A DNA stretch of 64,000 nucleotides from Podarcis bocagei (Eukaryota): assembly GCA_964188305.1 (NCBI GenBank), contig OZ076892.1, one strand, 5' to 3'. The notes beneath the pieces were generated by a model, which saw nothing but the letters and a program-made list of their open reading frames with translations, was not told the origin of the DNA and did not search any database. A program made the position numbers and the translations under genes. Shown here one piece after another: positions 49,005-63,117 of the stretch (within the stretch, counting starts at the first letter, position 1; each line of letters begins with the position of its first letter).

Positions 49005-50419
49005 TGGCATTCTGAAAGTATTCAAACAGTTTGTTCAGGGAGACTTCAAGCCAGCACATGAGCTTCAAAAGCAACGGGTTTTCAGCTGCAGGGATCTGGG
49101 TTCAAGGGGTTGCCCACCTGAGCATCTCCCCTGTTAAACACAGCCGTTTGCAGCAAAGACAGCAAGAACCTTTTCTTAGGAGTGGAGCATTCTTGGTGCA
49201 TATTCTTGAGGTATACAACGCAGCTGTTACGGATATTCTGAGAGGCCTGTGGTAGCCTGCCTTCATTTGTTCATAGCAACACATGTGGTTTGTCTGGTGC
49301 AGCTGCCATGTGAAGATGAGGGACTTTCACTTTTAAAGGCAGCTTTGCAAATGGTCTTGAAATGTGCTCTTACCATCTCCAGTCCCTGCACCCCAACCCC
49401 CACACTTCTCCTCCACCTGCACTTTTTGTCCATCCCTTGGTTCCTTATGCCTGCCACTGTCACTTAGGACCAAAATAGGTATGGCCCAAGAGATCTGCCA
49501 TGTGATTTCCATGTGTGGGTATGCTTGTTCTCAGTCTAATCCACCACCCCTCCACACACCTGCTATTAGCCCCACTTGGGGCAATACAGCAGGGCTAGTA
49601 GCTGGGCATGGGGGCAGTTAGAACAGGAAAATGATGGTGGTGGGGAAATCGTTAAACACCCCCATCTCCAGCACCAATTTTCCAATCAAATTCATCGCCC
49701 CTTTTCATCCATTCACAGAAAATCAGAACACAATTCTTCCATGTCTGTTTTGGTACTAAGACTGCTGCTTATTTCATCTGATAGCACTAGGCATTGGGTT
49801 GGCCAACTAAGTCCTGCTCAGAGTAGACCCATTGAAGTAAATGGCCCTAGGTTGTCATATCCGTTAACTTCAGTGCATCTCCTCTTGAGTAGAACTAGGA
49901 TTGGCTGCAGCCCATACACTTGTAGGCTTCACCTCGAAGTGGCTAACCATAGTTGCACTTCAAAACGCTGAAATGATTCTCTTCAGCCACATATTTTGGT
50001 GAGCTCCGCTACCAACCCTGATGGTTGGAGGCAGTAATGCTTCTGAATACCAGCTGCAGGAAACCACAGGTGGGAAATGTGCTGCTATGCTCAGGTCCTG
50101 CTTGCAGGCTTCTCACAGGTATCTGGTTGGCCACTGTGAGAACAGGATGCTGGACTAGATGGGCCGCTGGCCTGATCCAGCCTCCAGGTTCTTCTTAAAT
50201 TGTTATTACGGTATACTTGTACGCAAATATTGGTCTGGTGACTGCTTTGTATAGGATTACAGCTGGAAATTGCCCCCCTTCTATAAATGGATACCACAGT
50301 TAAAGCAGTTAGCATCTTCCTAACCCCACTTTCTTGGGAGTAAGCCCAACTGACTTCAGTAGGACTTCTGTGGAGGCACGGTTAGGATTGCACCAATAGG
50401 AAATAGGAACAAATATGGG

Positions 50420-50797
50420 TCCGAGACCAGGGAGAAGAGTCGGTGAAAGAAGACTGGAAGAAATTCAAAGACTACTTACAGAAACATTGTAAAATTAATG
50501 AATGTTAGAAGGATGTTGGATAGAAACTAAGCGGTTTCCAGCTGTAATGCTTTAAGAGATATGAAAAAAAAGAGGTTTCACAAATGGGTAAAAGTTTAAT
50601 GGTAAGGATTTGCTGAATTAACAAATCGAACTGGAATACAAAGAAGGGAGGTATGAGGAGGTCCGAGGAAATAACTGTATGGAAGTTATGTTATTGAAAA
50701 TTAATGTGTGTTTTTAACTGTTTTTTATTTTGTATGTTTATTTTTCTTTTTTCTTGTTATATCTTAAAAACTTTTAATAAATATATTTTTTTTAAAA
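50420..50797 (+). mobile_element. 5'-truncated L1/Tx1-like LINE 3' end
   Basis: ORF end RDQGEESVKEDWKKFKDYLQKHCKINEC*; T-rich 3' UTR; AATAAA at 50776; short A tail; perfect 22-bp TSD 50398-50419 / 50798-50819. Confidence 0.8.
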
Positions 50798-52973
50798 AGG
50801 AAATAGGAACAAATATGGGGTTCTTGTGAGTTAAACAGTGCTCAGCTAGTGACTGCTGGCTGAGCAAGGCCTTTTGGCATTGCTAAATATGCAGGAGGTG
50901 GCGGCGTCTGGATGGGAGCCTGGCAAGGCTTTGCTCCTTTGCTGCATGGCAAATCCCCAGAGTAAAAATGGGTTGAGAGGTACTGCATTGTAGCATTGTA
51001 ACCGGGCATTGCTGTAAAGTCTCTTTGCATAATAGGAGACGAGAATGCAACTAGCTGTCTGGGAATAGCTCCTTTAGTCACTGTGTTGAATCAGCACCGA
51101 AGAGATGCCTGTTTGCAGGCTTGAGCCTCCCCCAGCATTGCTGCCAGATTGCCAAGTAAAGTTCTGTTCCCTGGTGTGCTCTTGGTATTCGATCAGCACA
51201 TTCTTTGGGGCTTGTCTAACCACAGAGCATCAATTCAACCCTTGAGAGTTCCTGGTATGAGACTGGGGTGGTGCTTGAACAGAAGAAGCACAAAAGGAAA
51301 ACCTCAAAGCAGTTGCAGTTGTTCTCTTCTTCCATTGGAGGGAGCCTGGGGCCTTTCAGTTGCAAGTTGGTTCTTGCAGAATCAGCGCCACCCTCGATCT
51401 GGAGCAATTGCCAAATTCCAACAGAGTTCAGCGCAACCATCTTGTTGGATCACAGCCAAAATCATTTTACTATATTCCATGCAAAGGGATTTGAAACTCA
51501 TGAGAGATCACAACCACAGACATCTTTAAAGAAGAGTTCCTTGAGCTCACTTGGATGCTATGAGAGGCACACTTCACCTTGGAGTGCCCCTGTTCACCAC
51601 AGAGAGAATTTATTTCCGCACTGAAAGTGAGGTTAAAGGAGGGATATGATCCCATAGGGCTGTATCCAGCTACACTATACTCAGAGGGGTCCCATTGGTA
51701 TAAGCTGACTTACATTAGGGATGCACACTGATTTCAACAGGTCCACTTCGTCACATTCAACCCATAGTTTCATGGAACCTTCAAGATTCGATCACATGCA
51801 AACAGAGCACCGCCTGTATCTAAAAAGAAGGAAAAGAAAAGCATCTGATCCTGTAGAAAGACTTTATGCTGTAAACAGAGCCTGAGACACTGTGAAACAG
51901 GCTGTAAGGTCATCTGCATCATTATATAACACCCAACACACACAGCCTGTGCGTTTGGCAACTACATGTCCTGCAGCAAATCAACAGGTGAATGACATCC
52001 TGTTGTTGCATGTTCTATGCTTAAAGTTTCTTCCGCTGAGTTTTTGGTTGTCATAAAGCATATGTAGCACAGGAGCCCCAGCAGGAAAAAAAAGGTGGTG
52101 GTTGGTTCTAGCAGTGAAATGGCTCACCCACAGCTATTCTGTAGCAGCCACAGCAGGAGCACTTGGCCTCCTGACTACAGAGCCTGTGCTTTAAGCCCAG
52201 TGCCTGCCATCCTTCTCCTTGGCACCCATGTTGGCAGTTCTCCAGGTCTTCCATTCTTGCTCCATGCCGCGACAACACTCTGTCTGGAAGAAAAAGCAAC
52301 GTCTGTCTCATGGGCACCCAATCCAGATGGAACCACTACAACATTTTGACTTGAGACTATGAAGCCTATTTTCAAACTGGGATGCTATTAAGTGGCTGCT
52401 CTGAATTTAGGGCACAAAGGATGCTTGCGCAGAATCAAACATCTGGGAAAGAGACCGATATATTCTCTCTCCAACCCCTCTAAAAGTGGAGACTTATTTC
52501 TGCCAGAGTCCATCACTAGAACATAGACGGGGAAGGGCTGTGGCTCAGTGGTAGAACAACTGGGCATCTCCAGGTAGCACTGGGAGAGACTCCTGTCTGA
52601 AACCCAGTCAGTGTAGAGGCAATGGATTGTAGCCAGTGCCAGCCTACTCAAAGCAAACACTTTGAAATGAATGAACAGGCCTAACTTAGGTTCATTCATT
52701 CACCATCTTCATCACCATCAATTCCAATGGGTCTATTTTGAGTAAAACTTAAGCTGAATACAGGCCAATACTGGGCTAGATGGACCATAGTCTGGCTCAG
52801 TTTAAGACAGCTTCTTTTATTCTTAATGCTGTTGAAAGCTTAGCCAACTCTTTCTAATTATTAGTAATGAGAGCAGTTTAGAATGTCATTGATCTTTACC
52901 CAACTCCCTTGCTATTAATTGCTTTCTGATCTCCCACCTCTCAATTTTGTTTTATGTTGAAGAAGTTGGTTGC

Positions 52974-53028
52974 TCCTTCCTTCCTTCCTTCCTTCCTTCC
53001 TTCCTTCCTTCCTTCCTTCCTTCCTTCC
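52974..53028. repeat. (TCCT)n microsatellite
   Basis: Direct reading. Confidence 0.95.
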
Positions 53029-54919
53029 TTTCCACATCATCTGCAGTTAAAATGAGCTTTGCAAGAGATTGCTGGGGAGACCTCACTTCCTTACAGAATT
53101 ACGGCCCCCATGTTTCCTTGGCAAAGAGTTTTCTCTCCAAAAGCACCCTGTGCTCCTCCACCAAGTCTCACCAATCTTCAGAGGCCTCTGGCTGTTCACT
53201 CCATCTATCTGTAGGCAGTGCTTCCTGTGGGGGATTCACAGGTGCATTTCATCACTTGATGTCACTCATTGAGTCACAGTGGAACATGTGAATTCTCTTT
53301 TGAAATGTATTGTGTTTGAGGCGATGTACAGAAGTCTTCCAAGTCTTCCCTTGATCATACTACAGGGCTGAGTGATGAACTCACATGTATGAATGTCAGA
53401 GTGTTCCTGTCTAATGAAATAGATGTCCTGGCTTCATAGTGATAAATGGGGAAAAACATTTAAAGCTCTATGAATCACAGTGAACATTTTTGTTACAAAA
53501 GATGGGATATTAAATCAACAAAATATAAACTCCTATAAAATCTCCCATTTATCACAAAGACCCACAGTTCACTTTTCTGAAGCTCCTCTCATTAATTTGT
53601 TGCTTATTGTCCTCGATCATGTTTGTGCCCCTATCTTAAGGACTCAGGGGGGAATAAAATCAAGCTATCTCATTTCAACTGCAAAAAATAAAGTTCTATG
53701 CAGCAATTTGGATCCGAATCTCCCACCACTGCACACCATACACTTAGTATGCACCTGTCACAATTTAGGGTCCAGAGGTTGAGATACAATCACACAACTT
53801 GGTTTAGTTTCTGTATGGATGGTGGGAGACCTTGGGTGGTAGTCAGCCTTGTTCTACTAGGTGTGCAGGAAGAAAAGTTTGCTTGTGGACCCATTACCTA
53901 GCTGGAAGCAACATCACCTTATAAGGTAGAAGAACAATAGCCTGAGTTTTGTGTGTGAATTTGGCTGAAGCTGAAAGCTGGAGACACAGAGACATGACTG
54001 CTTTGTGCTGGACCCAAAGCCGTCACTTGGGGCTTCCCTGGAGATCTAATGGGGAAGTCAGATCTCCTGGTTTGTTAATGGTGTGATCTCCTCCACCCTT
54101 TGCTCAGTTTGTATTTATATACATCTAAATAAAGCCAAATATCCTAAAGACTCCACAATCTCCGCTGACTTTAATTCTTAGGAAACCGAATCATGGGCAA
54201 CCACTTGGAGATCAGGGTGTGCGCAACACTATTTTCCTTTATTGTCCCAAGAGGGAAATTCAGTGAAATTCTACCTCTGTTCAGATGCTCAGCTGTTCCC
54301 CACCACCTCCTCCTTGCTGCCTTAGTGACCTACCAGCAACGTGGGGATGACTCACTCAATGCTTGTGGCAAGTCCACACCTTTTTAAACACTGCTATTTT
54401 AGTTGCTGCTCTGAAAAGCAACAAGGACGGGGGAAGCCTGGGAACAGGGTGGTGCTGTGGAATATGTCACTCTCCAGAGATTCTGTGGCCTATCTGATCA
54501 TTGGAGCTACTCATTTGCCTCCCAACCCGTGGAAGACGTGGGACATTTGGAATATAGGCCTGGATTTTGTTCAGTGCAAGGAAGAGGGAAAGAGAGAGGA
54601 TGCAGACCATTGGCCAGCTCAGCAACACTGATTTAGGACTCCACATTTGCAGTTTAATAGGGCTGTGTATGGCATTTATGATAAAGAAGCAATGTAATGC
54701 AATAACATACAGATTCATTGGCTGCATGTGGGGAACTCACAATCTCAGGGCAGCAAGATGGCCTGTCCTGAAATCTGTCCAGTTCTTGGGCATATGAAAG
54801 GGACATTCTCAATGTTTGTGAAGCAGGCCTACACGTTAGACATTTGCTTAACTGGGAAAATGGCACCTTGGCAAATCCACAGCATGCATTTAAAGCATAT
54901 TCAATGAATGTTTAAAGAG

Positions 54920-55062
54920 CAGGCATATCTCAGATATATTGCGGTTCCATTTCCAGACCACCACAATAAAGCAAATATCGCAATAAAGTAAGTCACACAC
55001 TTTTTGTTTCGTTTCCCAGTGCATATAAAAATTATGTTTACACTATACTGTAGGCTATTAAG
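54920..55062 (-). mobile_element. Tigger1-like (pogo) DNA transposon terminal fragment
   Basis: CAGGCATATCTCAGATATATTGCGGTTCCATTTCCAGACCACCACAATAAAGCAAATATCGCAATAAAG...CCCAGTGCATATAAAA...TATGTTTACACTATACTGTAG closely follows the Tigger1 end as I recall it. Confidence 0.7.
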
Positions 55063-58000
55063 CCAGGCCAGCTGCAGGGGTGGGAGGGGGGAAACCTGGC
55101 TCCATCCCTAGCCAGCTTCACTCCTGTGGCCAGAAGAGGGAAAGCAATAGCAGGGTTTTTTCCTTTTCCTGGAAACAGCTGGGCTGCCTGCAGCTGCACC
55201 TGCATCCTCACAAGGAGCAATATCTGTGAAGCACAATAAAGAGAAGTGCAACAAAGTGAGGTACACAAACTACACTTCCCAGGATTCTTTGGGGGAAAGT
55301 CAAGTATAAGTGTGGATCTGCCCATTGATATCAGCAGTGTTTGTTTCTCTTCAGGGTTTTGTGTGAGGTGGCAGGCAGCTTCTGTTCTAAATACACTGAT
55401 TATCAAGGGAAGCAATAAACTATGTGAAATACTAACCCTGTCCCCCAAGAAAAGATCCTAGCAGCTTAGTTAGTTTGGCAGGGATTAATTTCAAGTAAGC
55501 AGACCCAGGATTGCGACCTAAGGGTGCTTTCAGGTTGTCAGCATTTTGTGGGAGGGATTCAAGCAGAAACCTGACATTTAGGGTTGCGCAACTGAAATGG
55601 ACTAAAAGGCTCTGTCACCCGAGTGCAACAAATCCATTTTAACAACAACAACTGGACTTTTTGCAGTGTGGAAAATTACAGGGAAATGCCCTGAAAAGCA
55701 TGTGATGAGAGCACAATTAACAGGAAGACCTGAAGGCACTCTGCATGTTAATCAGGATGAAGGCTCATTGTCATATATCTGCCCTGTCAACAAATCAGAA
55801 AAAAGCTCCATAAAGAGTGGACAGAGACTATAAAATTACTGAGGTGTTGGCAACCTTGTTAGAGCTGGAACACTTTCATTACCTTGCCCTCTCCAACATG
55901 AATTACATCCAATACTTCATGCCAGCTTCCCATGGGGGTCAAGGGCCCCTCCCTTTGGGACCATGGCATTGGTCAGCAGCTGATGCTTGCAGGAGACACA
56001 GCTCCCCTTCTCCATTCATTTTGCCCAGAGGAAAAAAAATGTAATATTTGTGCAACCAACCGATGGCAAAATGTACTGGTGCCTGGTGCCTATTGGAACT
56101 GATAGGGCAGAAGGCAGGTGGACTAACAGGAAGTGAAGCCAGAACCAATGACAGGCAGGGACACTCTCTGACTGCCTGTAAGTAAGAAGGTGGGCAGGCA
56201 GGTGAGGACCGGCTGGGGGAAGACTGAGATTAATGGCCCAGTATCCAATTCATCCTAATGGACCAGCTTCCACTAGCAGAATGTAGCTTCTGTCTCACCC
56301 TTGGGGAGTGTCTGGTTTAGGGTGCAATTCCACAATTCATAAGGTACAAGATGAAGGGGAGGCATGCACAAGCCCCTCCCTTAGACCTGTACAACTGGTA
56401 GCCCACCAAGGTAACCTCATCTCACCTGACATTGTGTTGTGGCCTGCTGGGTGCTTGCCAATGCTCATCTCCCATTTTTGCAGTCCCAGGCAGGTAGTAA
56501 AACCAGAGGTTTGGTGGGCTGGCATTAGGTGGATTGCATTCAGTGGCTTTTCAAGCTCTCATAGGCAGGGGAGCTGTCCAGCAGGACAAAGTACGTAGTA
56601 TGTTTCAGAGAAAGGTTGCTGAGGCAGCTGGGGAACTGTCCAGCTAGGTAGTTATGACAGGAATCGAGAAGCAACAAATTGTGCAACAGCAACATCCAAG
56701 CAACAAGTGAAAAGCTAAATAACTGCCTATGGCTGCTAGCTATGGCTATGCTGTGCCTCCACCATTGGTCAGAAGGCAGTAATGCTTCTGAATACCAGTT
56801 GCTGGAAACCACAGAAAAGGAGACCACTCTTGTGTGCTCAGATGCTTCTCGAGGGTCTCCTACAGACATTTGGGTGGCTACTGTGAAAACAGGATGCTGG
56901 ACTAGACGGGCTATTGGCCTGCCCAAGAAGGCTCTTCTTATGTTCTTAACTCTCTTCCCACAGCATTGGTAGGGTCCTGATCTAGAGGCTACTTAGGTTG
57001 AGCTGCCAGCCACATGCTGCACCTTTTGGCCTGGGCTTTAGCAAAGACCCATGCTCTCACCTGCTGAAGTTGTGTAATTTGTTTAGAGCAAATAGGTGTG
57101 TCTCATTGGCATGCATTAGATTCCCCCCACATTCTGCAGCCTCTCCAGGTGGACAGTCTCTTAGGGCTGGCAACCAGAGCCTACGCTGTTGACTTTACAC
57201 CAGGTGTGGGGAACCTTTGGCCCACCAGATGCTGCTGAATGACAACTCCCACCATCCCTGACCACTGATCATGCTTGCTGGGGCTGTTGGGGGTTGAGCC
57301 ACATCTGGATGGCCAAAGCTCCCCCACAGAGTAGACTCTGATTTTCCATAGATGAAACTGCAAGTCCCAAGCTGAGGGTGGGAGGCGCAGACCCTGGTGA
57401 ACTGGCCTCCTCTGAAGACACTCCTTCTGAGTCAAGCTCTGCGGGTGAGACATGATCTAGCTTGTGCTTCAAATGATAACACAACAATGCATATAGAACA
57501 GGCTTCTCCAACAGCTACTTAATTCTTCTCCAAAGACATTTCAACAGGTGTTTATGCAAGATAATCTGTTTAAAATATCACTCATTCATAAATACTGTAT
57601 ACTGATTCTTCTCACAACAGGCATTCTCAGAACAACTTTATTACGGGATAGTTAAAATGTTTCTTTTTGAACATTCTGGCCTTTTCTAATATTGCACAGT
57701 GTGGGGTTTTTGCTTGTTTGTTTCTTTAGAGATCTAATATTGCTGCCTAATTTCCCCTGTCTGTCTCATTTGGGGAGACTTCTGCTGCCCTAGATCATCT
57801 TGGGAGTCCTGCTATATTGACAAACCAAAGCCCGGTTCTTCCCGGTGCTAGAAGCAAAGAGACACACACACACCTGCCCAGTTTCCAGCAGAAAGCTTGC
57901 TGGCTGCTGTGCTTTTTCAGATCAAGATCAACTCTCTTCTTTTGCTGCTGCAGTTGAGCCTCTTGATGTGGAAACTGGCTCTATTTTTATCTGGCTAAGG

Positions 58001-58911
58001 AAGATCAGATTTGCAGTAATTGACTGGATAAACAGACACACTATGTACGAACCAAGTTAATGGGATACATTTGGTGGCCAGCAAGGGCACTTTGCTGTTG
58101 CTTTGCCCAAATAAGTAATTGGACTAATTTATGACACTCAGGCTGCTAACGTGTCCATTAAAGGCCCCTTTTGTGCTCTTCCCCTCCACAAATAAAAGGG
58201 GAAAAAACATTTCCCCCTGGTTCAAAGCATGCAAACACCATGCCTTCATCAGGAGGAAGTATAAAGCATTTCCTGACTGTCACTAAAGCTCTTAGCAAAA
58301 TGGAATTAGAACCAAACACGTGCAAGAATTTCTCTTTCCGGTTAACCCAGGTCCTGACCTTTATTAACCTGGCAGAGATTATTGACAATACAGTATGGCC
58401 TCAGTAAGTTGGAATCTACAAAGAAACTGTACTAACATCTATCCTGTCCTGACTGCAATATAGCTCAATAATCTGCTGATTTTGGGGGGGTTGGGCAACA
58501 GATCAAACTGATAAGAAAAAGTTGGAATGGAAGGAGGGAAATCTATGCTACATAATCTTGCCTAATGAAACACATCTAACAGTAAGTAAGGGGGGAAAAT
58601 GAGCCCCCCCCATTCCTTCTCCCCTGATGCACCAAAGCTGCTCTCATTTGGGCAATTTGTGGTTCCCTTGTGACACATTCTAATGGATATGGAGAACAGT
58701 CAGATGCAAATATGAAGCTTATGGCAAGTACGGAAGTTTACAGGGTTTGTGCCTCTGACTTAAGTGTTCTGAACTGTGCATCCAGCCATTTTCTGACTCC
58801 TTATCCACATGAAGGGAAAAACACAACACCAGAAGCAGTTTTTTCCTTTCCCAGAAAGTGGCAAGTGGTTGACCATTAGATTATGATTGTACAATGTAAA
58901 CAAGTGTCAAG

Positions 58912-59072
58912 TGATGCATATTGAGTTTAAGTAAATAAATAAATCTTAATTTCACACATACACGTATGGAGTATAAACTGGTGCTGATTGACCAGGAATG
59001 AGACATTGAGGTTGAAGCAAATAGCTTGATGAAGACAGCAACCCAGCATGTGGCACCTGTGAAAAAGGCAAT
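58912..59072 (+). mobile_element. Degenerate CR1 RT C-terminal fragment
   Basis: Resembles the CR1 motifs NVxKCKVMHIG ... ERDLGV ... QCAAAVKKAN. Confidence 0.55.
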
Positions 59073-60299
59073 CTCCTTCACTATATCTCAGAAGTGGAAT
59101 ATTTTTCCAGAAACATTACACAGCACAGAGGCATTGCTGCCTCACTGGCTCACGAGTCCACCCCCACCCCCCGTTCTCCTAAAACAAAGTAGCATACCCA
59201 TGGGAAGGTGCCACAGCTATAGAAAATGTTTCCATGCTGTTTCACAGCATGGGGTGACAGGAATTAGGAGAATGAAACTTCTGCATATTAGCACCATATA
59301 AAAAGAGAAAGAGTCGCCCAAGTAAGAATAGGCTCAGAGGAGAAACTGTAATGCTGGATGAGTGTCCCTTATTTCAGAATTGTTACATAAAGGATGTCTC
59401 ATTATTTTACTCTGATGTGCCCCTTTTGCCTGGACATCTGCTCCTGCAAACTTTGTGCAAGTACCTGTCCCAGAAAACAACAGTGCTGCCCTTGGTGACT
59501 GGTCTTAAAACTACTGTCACCTAATAAAGGGTTCAGGAGCATGTGGCCCTCCTGATGTTGGACTCCAGTTCCCACCATCCCTTATCATTGGCCATGCTGG
59601 CTGGGGCTGATGGGACATGGAGTTCTAACATCTGGAAGGCTACAGGTTCCCCAGCCCTGACTTAATAAAATGCTGTGGCTGGTAGAACATAAGTAGATGT
59701 TTTTTGCCTAGGGTGTCAGTTGGAGTTACTAGATCAGGAGATTCTTTTGCTACCATTAACTATGGTGCCCTCCTGGAGCAGCTATACAGGTGGGAAGTTG
59801 GAGGCCTGGTGCCAGGGTGAATCTGCTCCTGGGAAATGGCCACTGCTCAGAGGAAGAACAACCATCTTTGCAGAAAGAAGGTCCCAGGTTTAACCCCCAG
59901 CATCTCCAGGTAGGGCTGGGAATGTTCCCAGGCTGAGACCTTGGACAGTCACTGCCAGCCTAGGTTGGCAATTCTGAACTTCCTGATTCTGTATAAATAA
60001 GTTTCCTGTGTGGTCATCGGGGATGTGTGATCCCAGTGTCATGATTAGCTGGATGTTACCCAACTATGTGTCTCCCTGTTATCTGAATGAGGTGATTGAT
60101 AGGTGCTTGGAGGACGCCATGGTCTGGATGAGTTCAGGTAGCTTGTTAGCTCATTCTGTTTCTATATCCCTTTGCACAACCAGAGAAGTAAGCCCAAGCT
60201 ATGCAGCATTCTGCTTTGTCACCAGAAGCCTAAGTGATTTCAGTGGCATGGATCACTTATTTTCAGCTCTGGCTGGTTCACCAGCTATGGCTGTTCCTG

Positions 60300-60549
60300 G
60301 ACAGAGTCAGACTTGCCACAATAACCCATGCTCTGGTAACCACCTGGTTAGATTGCTGTATTGCACTCTTACATGGGTCCACCCTGGAAGACAATCTGGA
60401 GGTTGCCGGTGATGAAAATACACCTGTAGAGTGTTAACTGTCTCAGCCTCTTGGGACCACATAACACTGATTCTAAAAAGGTTTGCATTGGCTGACTATA
60501 AGCTAGTGAACCCAACTTAAGGTTTTAGTGTTGGCATACAATGCCTTGA
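60300..60549 (+). mobile_element. Degenerate L2-like LINE fragment
   Basis: THALVTTWLDCCIALLHG resembles the L2 motif HALVTSRLDYCNALL. Confidence 0.55.
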
Positions 60550-60678
60550 GGGACACGGGTGGTGCTGTGGTCTAAACCACAAAGCCTAGGGCTTGCCGAT
60601 CAGAAGGTCGGCGGTTCAAATCCTCACAATGGAATGAGCTCCCGTTGCTTGGAACCTGCTCCTGCCCACCTAGCAGTT
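60550..60678 (+). mobile_element. Sauria SINE 5' fragment
   Basis: Aligns with the head of the copy at 27 kb (GGGACACGGGTGGTGCTGTGG...GGTTCAAATCC...CCTGCCCACCTAGCAGTT). Confidence 0.8.
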
Positions 60679-62064
60679 TTATTATTTTTGTTTTCTTTTT
60701 GCTGTTGGGGCCCTCCCTGGACTCACGCAACAACCAAGTGGATGGCCACCAAGTGGAACGGATTTAAAATGTGATTAGAGAAATTCTTGGAGGAGCCGGC
60801 TATCAATGGCTACTAGTGGTCAGAGGAGAGAGTTGCTGGAATCTGCAGGAGGGCTGAGTGCTCTTGCATCTGGCTGGCGACTGGGAGAACAGGATGCTGG
60901 GCTACATGGGTCAGGTATGTCCTTATGACAGGAAGGATGTAATTTGCTTTAGTAAATAAATAAGTGCTCTTGCTGTTGATGCAGGGGTATACCTGGACTC
61001 CCTTGTGCCCTTGGCAAGGAGCTGTATCAGTGCCCCCCCTCCCTTGTACCCTCCTCCAAGGCACCCAAAGGAGCTTGCGCACCTTGCCTGGCCAGTTCAG
61101 AGCAGGAGAGGAGTGGCCCTGGGAATGGGCAGGCGAGCGGACTCCTAGCCACTCCAAGCCAAAGGGGCGATGTGTCTTTGGCAGGGGCCAAACTGGACAA
61201 CTCCTAGGTATGCCCCTGGCTGTTGTTTTCAAGTCAGGAAATTAGGCTTATTTAAGAAGGGGGATGGGAGAAGAAAGTGTTGCCAGCAACAAAATTAAGT
61301 GAGGAGTGGGGTCCTAAGCATAGCCTCTTGCGTCTCCCAGCAAAATCAGTGCCACTTGTGAATGAATAAGCCAGGTTAGTGTTGGGCTATCATTATGGAA
61401 GGCAAGAGCTCCCACTTGGTTTCCCTGAGAAATCTTTACCCTCTTCCTAGGCTGATAGATTGCAGCCTGCCAAATGCATTTTTTCTGGATGCTATCTCTT
61501 TCTGGCCTGCTGGAGGTTTTTTAGCCTCCTGTCTCTAAGGAAGTGAAAGAGAACAGAGAGATCTGCTGGGGGGGGGGGCGAGGAGAGAGCGAGCGATGAG
61601 TGTTACGCAGTTCCTGTACCTTTAAATCTAAGGAGCTTGAGCTGAGACAGAGAGCGAGAGAGGCAGAAGCTGAGCCGAGGGTCTGTTCCCCTTAATAAGC
61701 AAGATCGGTCTCCACTGAGGAAGATGAGAAGAAGAGGGTGAGGAGGATGCAAGAAGACCTCTGCCCCTCCCAGACTGGAGATACAAAAAAGGAAAGAGAG
61801 AGAGGCGCCTCTTTCCCTCCATCCTCAATCTCTTCCGCCTCCTCCATCCCTTCTTTTTCTGCCACCCTGCTGAAAGAATCCAGCCCTTCCGAAAAGGGCA
61901 TCTCTCCCTGTCTCTCTCTTTGAAGGCAAAATGTGGGAGTCGTTCCAAAAAACAAGCCGAGATCTAACGGAGTGAGAGGTTTGCTGTGGGTGGCGGTGGG
62001 AGGTGTGGGGAGGGGGGGAGGAGGAAGAAAATGAGAACAGTTGTTTTTGTAGGGTGAGGTGTAG

Positions 62065-62170
62065 GTGTGTTTGTGAGTGTGTATGTGTGTGTTTGTGTGT
62101 ATGCGTGAGTGTGTGTGTGTGTGTGTGAGAGAGAGAGGAAGAGAGTGTGCGTGAGATTGAGACAGACACA
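62065..62170. repeat. Imperfect (TG)n/(GA)n tract upstream of the JPH3 ATG
   Basis: Direct reading. Confidence 0.85.
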
Positions 62171-62721
62171 GACACTGCATTGCTGCTGATTCAGGAGTCT
62201 CTCCAGCAAAAACATAACCACCAAGATGCTGCTCTGCCTTGGACTGCCTGATCCATTTCTCCATCAAAACAGCAGCAGGTGGAGGTCACAGAGGGGGATT
62301 TGAGACCCTTCCTGCCGCCTGCGTGTTGCATCCTCCCCCCTTCCGCAAAACCAGGAATTCTTCTTCTTATATGTTGGCACTTGGCCTGTTTCTCCGCATC
62401 CTTTCTTTCCCTGGGTTTTGCCTCGGATGGTTTTAAAGGAGACTTGCTTGCACCAAAACCTGCCTGATTTGCTGTTCTGGACAATATTATTCTCCCTCTT
62501 TTGCTCCAATCCAGCCTCCAGAGCAGGAAGCCAAGAGGATCAAGGTTCCATGAGTCTCCCCCTTGAGAAAGTGTGAGCAGCAGAAATTGACTCAAGCAGC
62601 TATTTGGATTTGGTGCATTATTTAAGGTGTTGTTTGGGGTTTTTTTTTCCTCCCCTGGCGGCTGCTTCTCCTCCTCCTCTCTCTCTTTTTCTTTTCACCT
62701 TTTTGAGAATTTTCAAACTGA

Positions 62722-63117
<396 letters not shown>

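Noticed and set aside
51090-51110. REST/NRSE-like site upstream of JPH3
   Set aside because: Only the left half (TCAGCACC) matches; the GGACAG half is poor
53756-54228. Third solo LTR
   Set aside because: TATA/AATAAA and a CAACA end are suggestive, but no matching TSD or clear 5' boundary was found
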